Positions 24,901 to 36,900 of a DNA stretch of 64,000 nucleotides are shown here, in pieces. This DNA comes from an uncultured Elusimicrobia bacterium (lineage in GTDB: Bacteria; Elusimicrobiota; Elusimicrobia; Elusimicrobiales; UBA9959). The stretch is taken from contig CAIRNJ010000043.1 of NCBI GenBank assembly GCA_903879915.1, positions 15 through 64,014 of the forward strand, written 5' to 3'. Within the stretch, counting starts at the first letter, position 1; every line of letters begins with the position of its first letter. Both the position numbers and the translations under genes were made by a program. The notes beneath the pieces are model-generated. The model did not search any database. It was not told the origin of the DNA and was given only the letters and a program-made list of their open reading frames with translations.

Positions 24901-27900
24901 CCGCGTAGCGCACTTGGGCGCCGGACGAGTTCCAGCCGCCGTCGTATGTGGAGTACTGTACGCTGAAGACCGAGCCGGCCGGCACGTCGTACTGGCTCAG
25001 CCACTCCAGCCGCACGGAACCCGGCACGCCGTACGGAGCGGCCAGCACGTTGAAGTCGGGCTCCGGGAAGTAGTAGAAGCCGGGCCTGCCGTCCAGGGAA
25101 ACGGCGGAATAGACCCGCCCCGAAGCGTCCACGGCCAGCGCGGAGGCATAGTCGTCCCCGGCGGAAAGGTTAAGCCCGCGGCTCCACTCGGGTTCCCCGG
25201 CCAGGGTGAATTTGCGGTAACTGCTTACCCTGCCCTGTCCCGAAGAGGTTTCGTAGCCGGCGGCGATCGCTCCGCTGGTGGTGAGTTCCACCGCGTAGGC
25301 CGCGTCGTCCAGGTTGTCCTTGCCGTTATAATACCTGTCCCAGACCAGCGCGCCGCCCAGCGTGAATTTGAGCAGCGCGGCATTGCCGGCTGCGCTCACG
25401 GAAGCCGTGGAACCGGCCACGTAAACGAAGCCGGTGGTGGTTACGGCAAGGCCGTAGCCCGTGTCGTTGCCGTTGCCGGCGGAATTGAACACTATCGGCG
25501 CTCCGGGCAAAGCGCTGGTCTTGTTAAGGCCCTGCACGATAATGTCCTTGTTGGCGGCGCCGTTGTCCACGGTGCCCGTAAGGTAAACCGCGCCGGTACC
25601 CACGGCTATGCCGTAGCCGAAGTCGTCACCGCCGCCGGAGCCGTTCTTCGAATAGGTCCACAGCAGCGCGGGATAAGTGGACGGGGAAATATCGTATTTC
25701 CGCGCCAGTATATCCAGGCCGGCGGAGGCGCTGGAAGCGACGCCCACCACATAGAGGGCGCTGCCCTCCACGGCGGCGCCGTAAAGCTCATCCATGCGGT
25801 TCAGGCCGGAAGCGTCGGCCGAGTAGGACCAGACCAGGTCCCCGGCGGCGTTCAGCTTGGCTATCCAAAGGTCCTTATCGGCCGCTAAATCCTCGTACCC
25901 GGCCGCGGCGGCGGAGTCGCTCGCAGGCCGCTGGCTGCCTACCAGGTAGAAGTTGCCGGCCGCGTCGCGGACCACTTTGGCCACGTAATAGGCCCGGTCG
26001 TCCTTATGGTTGAAGAACTTCGTCCATTCCAGGGACTGGCCGGTGTTGTACTTGCGCAGGCCGAACCCGGCCGAAGCGCCGTCCGCGTAGCCGCCGAAGG
26101 CGTGGTACACGTAGGCGCCGTCAACGGCTATGCCGCCGTCGGGCCCGTACAGGCCGCTCATGAACGAAAGGCGCTCGCGTCCGAAATCCTGCGTGTTATC
26201 GTAGGCGCTGGGCGTTTTCGCGAAAGTCTGCGCCTCGGGCAGGGCCGTGGTCAGGCCGCCGCTGGTTATCCAGACCTTGAACTTGTACAGGTTGCCGCGC
26301 GTTTCCGCGCCTTCCAGGCCGGGATAGCGCAGCACGGGCAGGCCGCCCACCGTCTGCGTCTGCACCGCGCCGGGATACAGAGGCCCGGTGCTTACTACGA
26401 TCTGCGCCGAGGCGCTGCTCCACACCGGAGCGGAAGCGGTGCTGTACTGTACGTAATAGGTGGAACCGGCCGGCAGGGCGGCAGGGTAGTTCCACATCAG
26501 GTCCGCCGAGCCCGTATAGGGGCCTTCGGCGGCGGTAAAGAACTGCGCGCTGGCCGACGAGCCCTGCGGCATGGAGTACACGCCGAAGGCGCCCGCGAAC
26601 ATGCCTGACACGTGCGCATAGTTATCGCTGGAGACGAATACGTCCAGGCCGGCGTCGTGGCTGTCGGAGCCGGAATCGTAAACGCGGCCGAACAGGAACT
26701 GGCCGCCTGGCCCGAACTTGACCAGCAGCATGTTATAGCCCTGCCGCAGGTTCCACATGTCGGTGTAGCCCGAAATGTAGATATTCCCGAAGCTGTCGAG
26801 GTCCAGCCCGGCGGGGATGTCGTCGGAATTAGACTGCGCGTTGTTATAGCGGGCGGGGCTGGAGAACATAGCCGCGCCGTAGGGGGTATACCTGTTCAGC
26901 CAGATATTTTCCCCCTGGTTGAGGTCGTAGCGCTGCTCGGAGCCCGTCACCACCAGATTGCCGTTCATGTCGGCTTTGACCGCCAGGGCGCGGGAATTCC
27001 CTCCGCCCGCGTTGGAATACTGCACGGGCCAGTTGCCGGGCACGGCGGTGGAAATGGCCGCGCCGGTATCTGCGAACTTGCGCAGCGTGCCGGTCAGCGG
27101 GTAGCTGCCGGAGGCGCCCGCCGCGTAAACATACTTCCTTCCGGCGGCGTCCAGCGTGAAGGCGAGGCCGTTCACTTCGTCGTAGAGGCCGGGGCCGGAA
27201 GAGACGTCCAGGCTCGCGGCCAGGGCTAACGACGAGGCGTCGAGCTTGCGCAGCCTTATGCGGCTGCCGCCGGTCTCGCCGGAGTATTCGGTGGCCGCAT
27301 AGACGGCGCCCGCGCCGAAGGCCAGCGCTTTGGCCGTTTCGCTGGAGACGATGGGAAAAACATTCAGCACGGAGCCGTCCGCGCCTATTTTCACCACCAG
27401 GGCGGAGTACTCCTGCTGTACGAGAGCGTATGCGTTGCCGGCTCCGTCTACGGCCAGGTCCCTGAGGACCATCGGCGTTGTGGAGTCGTAATAGAGCGAA
27501 TATCCGCCGGGCGCGTTGAGCGCGATGAAGGAATCGCCGTTGCTCTCGAACGAAACGGCGGAATACATGCCCGCGGACGACCGGGCGTACCTGGCCCGGC
27601 TTTCAAGCCTGACGGACATGGAAGCGCTGGTCCTGAGCGCGGCGTCCCGGTCTTTCGCTTCGGTCTCCGGGAAGTACATGCTGGCAGCGGGGTTGGAGAC
27701 CGCGGACGTGCTGGTGCCGTTGAACAGCCACGCGGCGAAATAATACGGGAACAGGCGCGCGTTGACGATCACGGGCTCCAGCCCGGTAATGTTATGGCTC
27801 CATTTCTCCCCGGCGGTCACGCCGGCGATAGTTCCGGTAACGGTCTGAGCGTCGTAGACGTTCGGGCCTGCGAGATCGGCCGGGTTGGTGCTGTAGCGGA

Positions 27901-30900
27901 TCACGTAATGCCCGAAGGAAATGTCCTGCGGATAGGTCCATGACAGGTTGACATGGCGCAGGTTGGCGCCGGGCTCGGATGACAGGTCGGTCAGGCGGGC
28001 CAGGAATTTCACCAGTTTGGGAGCCGACGCGACGGGGTAGATAGCCTGCTGCGCCATATCGCCGGTTATGTCGAACGCGGCGGAGGAAGGCACGACCACG
28101 TTGATATTATTCCCCTCGCCGGCGAGGGCCGGCGTCAGGGTGATAAAGGTGCCCAGCGGGTTAGTGTCTATGATCCCGTCAGTTACCGGCAGGTCCACGA
28201 ACGCGGCCGCCACGGCCGCGCTGGAAACAAGGTAGTCCCCTGAATCCCAGACGCCGTTGGCGTTAGAGTCGAGATATAGTCCCACCGAGGCTATGTCGGA
28301 ATAGCTGCCCGACGGGTTAACACCGACCTTTACGCCGCGGATATCGGTAGCGCCGGTATTGGTGCGCAGGGTCACACTGAGCGCCGCGGCTTCCTGGCCG
28401 GCCAGGTAATAGGCCGGCGAAACGTCCGCGGTGGAAACGGACACGACCGGCAGCCGCCCGGACATCGGGGCGAACCTGAAGGTGTGCATGTCGGATTCGG
28501 AATCGAACCCTCCACCCGTGACATAGCTGTAGCCTGTGGCCGTATCCAGGGCCAGGGCGAACGGCAGGTAATTCCGTGAGATCTCGGGGCTGCTGGGCGC
28601 GCTGGAAATGAAGACCAGGTTCGGGCTGTACTTCAGCAGCGCCGGGCGGTCAACGCCGCCGCCGCGGCCGGGGCCGAAGTTGCGGCCGTTCCGCGGCGCC
28701 GGGAGCAAGGAACCGCCGTCATTGTCTTTGCCGACCGTATAAACATAACCTGCGGAATCCAGCGCCACGTCGAAGCCCAGCTGGTAATTACCGCCGGGGA
28801 AAGACGCGCTGGCGAGCTGCCGCAGGTTCTGGGAATACCTTACGGTAAGTATATGGCGGGCTTCTTCGCTGCCTTCGGTGCCGGCCAGGTAAACGTCGTG
28901 CGTGGCCGGGTTGACGGCGAGCCGCGCCCATTTCAGGCTTTCTTCGACATAGGCCCCCGAGTAGGAGGCCGAAGAGACGAAAGCCAGGTTGGCCGCGTTG
29001 AACCTGACGGTCACGAAGTTAGTGGCGCCGGCCAGCAGCGAAATGCCGGACATGTAGACGGACCCGCTGTCGGCGGCTATCCCGGCCGCGGACGCGCCCG
29101 TTCCGGCGCTGAAAGCGGCGGTAGAAGGGCCGGTAAGGTTCGGGCCGAACTTGGCCAGGCGATATTCCAGACTGTTGTCGGAAGTGCCCGACAGGTACAC
29201 GCCGCCGGCCGCATCCAGGGCCAGCATCGGGCTGTGCACGCCGGCTATCGTTGCCGACGAGACAAAGCGGAGGCCGAGGTCATACTTAAGCGCGACCGAG
29301 TTGTTCGCGCCACCCACGCCGCCGGCCGCGTAAACGCCGTTGGCGTTGACCGCCACGCCCTGCAAGTACATGCCGCCGGCATTGACCACCGTGGCAGAAG
29401 CCGTCATCACGCCGGAGGAGTTGTACTTCACCAGCAGCGCCTGTTCTCTGCCGGCCACCGAGGAAACGGCAGTCACGTAGAGGTCGCCGTTGGCCGGGTT
29501 GCGGGCTATGGCGGTGCCCAGGTCATAATCGGGCCCGGAGTAAACCGCGCCGCCGGCCTGAGAGAAGTCGCCGCTGAAAGCGCCGGCTATCGCCTGCACC
29601 GGCCTGGGAGCGGAGGTGATGGGGTAGATCGCCTGCTCGTCCATCAGACCGCCGACGATGAAGGAGGATGTGGAGTCTACGGCCACGTTCACGCTGGCGC
29701 CCGCCGCCGAGAAATAGGGGGTCAGCGTTACGAAGCAGCCGCCGCCCGTGGGGTATATCATGCCTTCCGCTATCGGCAGGGTCACTGCCGCGGCATCGAC
29801 GGCCGCGCTGGAGACCAGCGGGTCAGAAGTATCCCAGAGACCATCGCCGTTGGCGTCGCTATACAGGCCCACCGCGGCGATCTTGCCGTAATCACCGTTC
29901 GGGTTCACGTGCACCCGGATACCGGAAAGAGTAGTTTCTCCGGAGACGGTGCGCAGGGTCAGCTCCAGCGCAGCGGTTTCCTTGCCGGCCAGGTAAAGCT
30001 CGGGCGAGACGTCCCGGGTGGAAACGCGCACGATGGGCATAGAGCCGCCCAGCGGGTCGAAGCGCACGGTGCGCATGTTCCACTTGGGAGAATCTTTATC
30101 GCCCACGCCGGCCCCGAAGTCGATGCCGGTCACGTAGCTCTTGCCCGTGGCGGTATCCACCGCCACGCTGACGGGAGCATAACTGGTGTCGAACCGCATG
30201 GCGGCGCTGGACAGCAGGACCAGCGCGGAATTATACTTGGTCAACGCCGCATAATTCAGGCCGTCGAAAAGATTGCCCAGAGTATAAACGTTGCCGTCAT
30301 CGTCGAGCGCTACGTCCATGCCGGTAGCGTCGGCGCGCGGAGAAGCGGCCGCCGACAATTGCCGCAGGTCGGCGGAATACCGCAGCGTCAGGATAGAGCT
30401 GTCGCCTTTAGTCCCGCTGGTGCCCGCAAAATACACCTCATGCGTGTTCGCGTTAACCGCCAGTTTCTCGCTGCCCAGGCTCATGCCGCTGAGATAAGCG
30501 TTTGCGTACGCCGCGGAGGAAAGGAAGGCCATGGACGAAGAGTCGAACCTGGCGGTCACGAAATACGAGGTCCCGGCTATCAGACTGTCGCCGGTGATAT
30601 AAACGTTCCCGCCGTCAACGGCTATGCCCCGGCCGCTGTCCACGCCGCCGGCGTTAAAGATGACAGGGGACCCCTGCTGCGCGAGGTCGGAGTCGTACTT
30701 CACGAACTTATAATCGTTCTGGCTGCCAAGTTCGCCCGTGTTGGAGCCGACCACATAAACATTGCCGTCGGTATCCAGCGCCAGGTCCATAGCGTGGTTC
30801 TCTCCGGGAAGCACCGCCGCGGAACTGAGCACCAGGTCATGGCTGTATTTCGCGGTAACGAAGCCCGCCGGGCCCTTGCCCGCCGCGTAGACGCCGCTGG

Positions 30901-33900
30901 CGTTGACCGCCACGCCGTCAAAAGACTCCGCACCGGCCAGCGCGGAGGAGGACACCATGATCCCGTCGAGGTCGTATTTGATTACGATCGCGCCGATGGA
31001 GGAGGACATGCCGACGGCGTACACATTGGAGCCGTAGACCGCGGCCCCGAGGCCCATGTCCATATATCCGCCGTCGAAATTGGCGCCTTCGGGAACTGAG
31101 AAATTACCGGAGAATACCGGCCCGGAAGGGCCGCTGCCGGTGGTGAAGCTGAAAGAGCTGAACACCATCATGCCGCCGCCGGAGTTAGTGAAGCTGGCGG
31201 CTTCAACGACATAAGTCGTCGCCGAGGATAAGTCGGCGTTAAAAAGCCCGATCCTGTAAGTACTGGTCGTATCCGCCAGCAGGCCGAAGCTGACGAACCG
31301 GCTCGTATGTTCTGTGCCGTTCGCCTTTTTAAACTTCAGGTTCGTTCCGATCGCGGAATTATCTGCGGGGAACACCGGCTCATTAAAGGTCAGGTCGATA
31401 GACCGTATGCCGCTGGAAACGTTGACCGCCTTATCCGCGGGAACGGAGTAAACGATATACGGAGGCAGGCCGCCGCCGAAATCCGACGGGGCGTAGCGCA
31501 CAATGCGCCAATCGTCGTTCTTCCCGTTGGAGGTGAATCCGCCGACGTAAAGATTATCCGAACCGTCCAGCGCGATATCCGTCGCGGCATCTTCATGGCC
31601 GTTGTCATACACCATAGACGAAACGAACACCAGATCCGGAGTGTACCTGGCTGTCAGGAAATCACGGTCGTTACCGTTATGTACATTGCCGGCGGCAAAA
31701 ACTTCTCCGGCGCTGTTTACCCCTACACCCTGCCAGCCGCTGTCCGCGCCGGCATCAAAAGCCACCGAGGATCTCAGCACCAGATCGCGGTCATACTTAA
31801 GCAGGGTCCCATGGCTGTAAGCCCCGCCGGTCTGCCCCGCCACATAAACACCAGTTTGGCCAAGGCTCAGGGACACCCTGTTTTCATCGGTAGCCTGGTT
31901 GCTGCTGAAGACCGCCGAGCTTATAAAGACCAGCTCCGGGTCGTATTTTAACGTAAGTATCTGGAAGCTGCCGGCAACGCTTGAGTATCCTACGGCGTAA
32001 ACGTTCCCGGTTTCATCGGTTCGTATTTCCATCCCTTTGTCGTAGCTTCCGCTTAAAGCTACGGAGGTTGCAAAATGCAGGTTGTCGTCGTATTTCAGTA
32101 TTACCAGGTCGCGGGATTCATCGCTGGGGTTTACGTGGCCGGTGACATAAACACCGCCGGACCTACTGACGGCGATATCGTTCGCGATGCAGTAACCGTA
32201 GCTGGAATACGTGGCGGAGGACTGAAGGAGCAAGTCTTTATTGTATTTCAGTATCACACATTTACCGTCATGGGCAGTGCCGTCATAGTTGCCGGCGACG
32301 AATATGCTGTCAGCGCCTACAGCTATGCCGTTAGCCTCGCTGGGATGTCCGCTCACGTTAAATGCCGCGGATGCCGCCATCAGGCCGTATTTGTCGTACT
32401 TAACGATGAAAGCCTCATCGTCGCCGAACGAAGAAGTGCCGGCCCCGTAAATAAACGGCCCGTTAAGCGCGGCGGTATCCACCGCCAGGCGGTGAGGGGC
32501 GTCATTTGCCCCCCCGTCGTAAACCGCTCCGCCCGTTTCCGAGAAATTACCGGTAAATATGACGCTGCTGTACGGGGAAAGCTCCATGTCGATGCCGCTC
32601 TGCTCCGGCAGCCCCGAATTGACGGTCAGCGGCCGCTCGCCGTAGAACTCGCCTTGGTCCAGCTTGTAATTGTCATTGGCATCGATCCACGCCTTGAGCG
32701 TATAATCCACGGAGCTGGAGGCTATCCAGGTGGTATACGCGCCGGTGGAAGACAGCGTCGCTTCGTTATAAGGCTGACCGGCCGCCGCGGACTCGGCCGC
32801 AAGGCGCACCTGGCCGTCCTGCGGCGCCAGAATAGTGCCGCTTACCAGGCCGAAATCACGCAGCGTGATATTGATGTTTTTCGCTGTGACGCCGGCCGCC
32901 AGGTACAATGGCTCGGACGCGAACTTGCCGCCGCCTGCCGACAGCGAATTGTACGCGCCGCCGGGCATGCCGGCGCTGTGTCCGCCTTCGCCCAGCCATA
33001 CCTGTACGTAGTAAGTGTTCGGAGTAGGGAGGCTGCTGAAACTGTAGCCGCCCGGCGTTTCAAGAGTCTGCGAACTGTATGTCAGGCTTTCCGGGTAAAT
33101 ATCATTCGCTATCGTAGAGATGGCGATATGGAACGCGCCCTGCTTTGAGCCTTCATAATATATATTACCTTGTATAGCGCCGGAATATTCAGGCACGTTA
33201 TTGTCGGCCGGGATAGCTTTCAGCTCCGGGACGTCCGCGCCGCCCCTCTTGGTCTTCCAGCCGGCCAGGGCGCCGCCGGCGCCGTCGGACACTATATCGA
33301 TGTTGAGGCAGTCGGGCGCTTCGCCCGCGGCATACCCGTCAGGATACGCTACGGCGCCGTTCCTGTACATTTTCTGGTAGCTGATCTGGTGAGAATTCCC
33401 GCCTTTGAAAGCCACCCACTGGCTCCAGGCGAAGTGATACGCGGAACCGTCATAGACGAGTCCCTGCGTGTTGTCGAGCGTCCGGCCTACCAGCTTTCCG
33501 TCCTGCGCCCAGCCGGCCGCGAACTCGGCCGCGGTGGCGGACGAGCGCACTATGCGCACCTCCGACTGGCCGTTCCAGCCGGTGGAATACAGCACGGCGA
33601 AACCGTCCTCGTCCCTCGCCACGTTGATCACATAATAAGCGGGATTTATATAAGAGGAAAGCCGCAGCGCGGAATTCCAGCCGGGATAGGGGTCGCCGTT
33701 GACGTCGAACCGCTCCGCGAACAGCGCCTGCGCGCCGCCCGTAGAACTGGTCCACACCACGTAAGCGCCGTTAAGTCCGTCGCTGACGCCTTCCACGTTG
33801 CCGCCTTCGTCGCTGCTGGTGGGCGCCGACAGGGCTTTATTGCTCCACGCCAGCGTTCCGTCCGCCGCTATCCTGAAGCCGTACAGCGCCGTCCTGCCGC

Positions 33901-36900
33901 CGCTGCCGCCGGCCCACACGAAGATCAGCGAGCCGGAACCGCCGTCGATGCCGCGCCCTTCGCCGATGGATTCTCCGACGGGCAGAGCGGTGCCGGTGGC
34001 CACGCTCACGCAGTCGCCCGGCGCGGGCCACTGGCACTGGCCGTCGTTGTCGATCTTCTGTACCGCCACAGCCATGCCGGCGGCCGAGGGATAACCGAAC
34101 AGCGCGAAGAAGCCGCCCTGCGCGTTGGCTGTGAATTCCCCGCCCTCTACGGCGCCGCTGGAGATCTGCCTGCCGCCGGTCCCCCACAGGTGGGCGCCGG
34201 CCGCGTTATACCGCTGCGCGCGCGCCGCGCCGCTGCCGTCAAACCAAGCCGCTATCACGCCGCCGGAACCGTCGGAGGCCGCGAAAAGCTCGCCGTTGTC
34301 TTTGATCGGATAATAAGCGGGAGTTATGGGCGTGGGGCCCCAGAGGGGCGTATTATCGGCGCCTACGCGTTCAACGAACATCTGGCGGAGGCCGCCCGCG
34401 CCCACCGTGCTGTCGTACACCATGTACGCGCCGCCCGCGCCGTCGGGGACCATCCGGAAACCGCTGGACCCGTCCGAGGCGCCTTTCGTCGCCGGGGCTA
34501 TCGGGTATATGGACTGCTCGGCCATGCCGGCGCCGAACGTGAACGCGTAATGAGAAAGGATCTCGAGGCCGATAGTTCCGCCGTTAGGCGTAACCGCGAC
34601 GAAATACGCGGCCGTCCGCGTGCTCACCGTCTCGTCGGGGAACGAGAACGAATGGTCCGTGACGCCGCATTCCAGCGTAGAGCTGGAAACCAGCCTGTCG
34701 CCGGCGTCCCACGTATCGTTCTGGTTCTGGTCGTGATACAAAGCTATGGCCCGGATACTGCACGAGTCACCGCCGGTGTTGACGCGCACGGCCATGCCGG
34801 AGAAGGTGGTTTCGCCCTGATCGGTGCGGGGCGTTATGGAAAGCGCGGCCGCCTCTTCGCCTTTCATGTAATACATCGGAGAAACGTCGCGGGTGGAAAG
34901 AGACACTACGGGCGGAGAGAAGCCCCCCAGCGGCGCGAAACGCACGGTGCGTATGTCCGCCGGGCGCAGTTTATCGTCGCTCATGCCGGTCACGTAACTG
35001 GTGCCGTCAGCGCTGTCGAGAGCGATGCCGGTCCCGAGGTAGCCGCCTCCGGCGGGCATGCTGGCGGCGCTGGAAAGGAAAACCAGCGCGGGGGTGTACT
35101 TCGCCACCAGCGCGTTGTCGTAGGAGCCGTCATAGTCTTTGCCCAGCGCGTAAACGTACCCGTCAGCGTCCAGGGTCACGTCCATGCCCAGGCCGTAATT
35201 GCCGCCGGGGAAGACGGCTGTGCCCAACTGGAGCAGGTCCCGGGAATAGCGTACCGTCAGCATCTGCCTGTTATCCTCACCGCCGCGCGTGGCGGCCAGA
35301 TAAACATCGTGCGTGGCCGGATTCACGGACAGCTTCCCGCTGCCGGGAAGACCGGAGTTATAATAAGCGTCGGTGTACGCCGCGGAAGAAAGGAACGCCA
35401 GGGCGGAATCGTACCTGGCGGTCACGAAAGAAGTGGCCCCGTCGATAAGGCTGGTGCCGGTCACATAGATATCGCCACCGTCCGCCGCTATGCCGCTGCC
35501 GCTGTCGGCGCCGCCGGCGTCGAAAGTGACCGGCAGACCGACCTGGTTCAGGTCAGCGTCGTATTTCACGAACTTATAATCGTTCTGGCTATCCGGCTCT
35601 CCGGCATTGGAACCGATCACATAAACGTTGCCTTCGGCGTCCAGCGCCAGGTCCTTGGCGTGGTTATCGCCGGGGAGAACCGCCACGGAACTGAGGCTCA
35701 GGTCGTAATCGTACTTCGCGGTCACAAAACCCGCGGGCCCCTTGCCCGCCAGATAAACGCCGTTGGCGTTAACGGCCACGGCGTCGAAAGATTCGGCGCC
35801 CTCAAAAGCGGAGGAGGATACGAAGGTCCCTTCGAGGTCGTACTTAATAACCACCGCGCCGCCGGGCGCGGACAGGCCGGCTACATAGACGCTGGAGCCG
35901 TAGAACGCGGCTCCTAACCCCATGTCCGTATCGCCGCCGTTGTAAACCGCGCCGCCGGGCTGGGAGAAATTGCCGGAGAAAGCGGAGGTGCTGTACTGGG
36001 CCAGTTCCAGGTCGATGCCGCTCTGTTCAAGCAGCTCGGAGTTGACCGCCAAAGATCTCTCGCCGTAGTACTCGCCGCCGTCCAGGTCGTGGTTCTCGTT
36101 CGCGTCTATCCAAGCCTTGAGGCTATAGCCCACGGAGCTGGACGCGATCCAGGTGGTATACGCGCCGGTGGAAGGCAGCGTCACCTCGTTGTACGGGTTG
36201 CCGGGCTCGAAGGGCGCTGCCACAAGGAGTACGGGGCCGTTCTGCGGCGCCAGGATAGTGCCGCTCACCTGGCCGAAATCGCGAAGCGTGATGTTGACGC
36301 TCTCCGCCGCGGCGCCGGCGGGCAGGTAAAGAGGCTCGGACATGAACTTGCCGCCGCCCGCTGACAGCGAATCGTACGCGCCGCCAGGCATACCCGCGGT
36401 GTGCCCGCCCGAACCCAGCCACGCCTGTATGTAATACGTGTTAGGAGTGAGCAGCCCGGTAAAACTGTAGCCGCCGGGAACTTCAAGCGTCTGAGAGCTG
36501 TAAGTCAGGTCTTCAGGATATATATCGCCGGCTATCGTCGAGATGGCGATATGGAACAGGCCCTGCTGCTGGCCTTCGTAATAGATATTGCCGGCTATGG
36601 TACCGGTATATTCGGGTACGCTGGTGCCCGCGGGGATCGCTCTCAATACGGGCAGGTCGGACCCGCCGGTCTTGGTCTTCCAGCCGGTCAGCGCGCCGCC
36701 GGCTCCGTCGGACACGATATCGATACGCAGGCAGTCGGGAGCCATGCCTGCCACATAGCCGTTAGTGAACGAAAATTTACCGCTCTTGTCCATCTTCTGG
36801 TAATCGATCTGGTGGAAATTGCCGGGAGGCAGCAGCGCCCACTGGTTCCAGGCGAAATGATACGCCGAGCCGTCATAGATCAGGCCCAGCGTGTCGTCTA

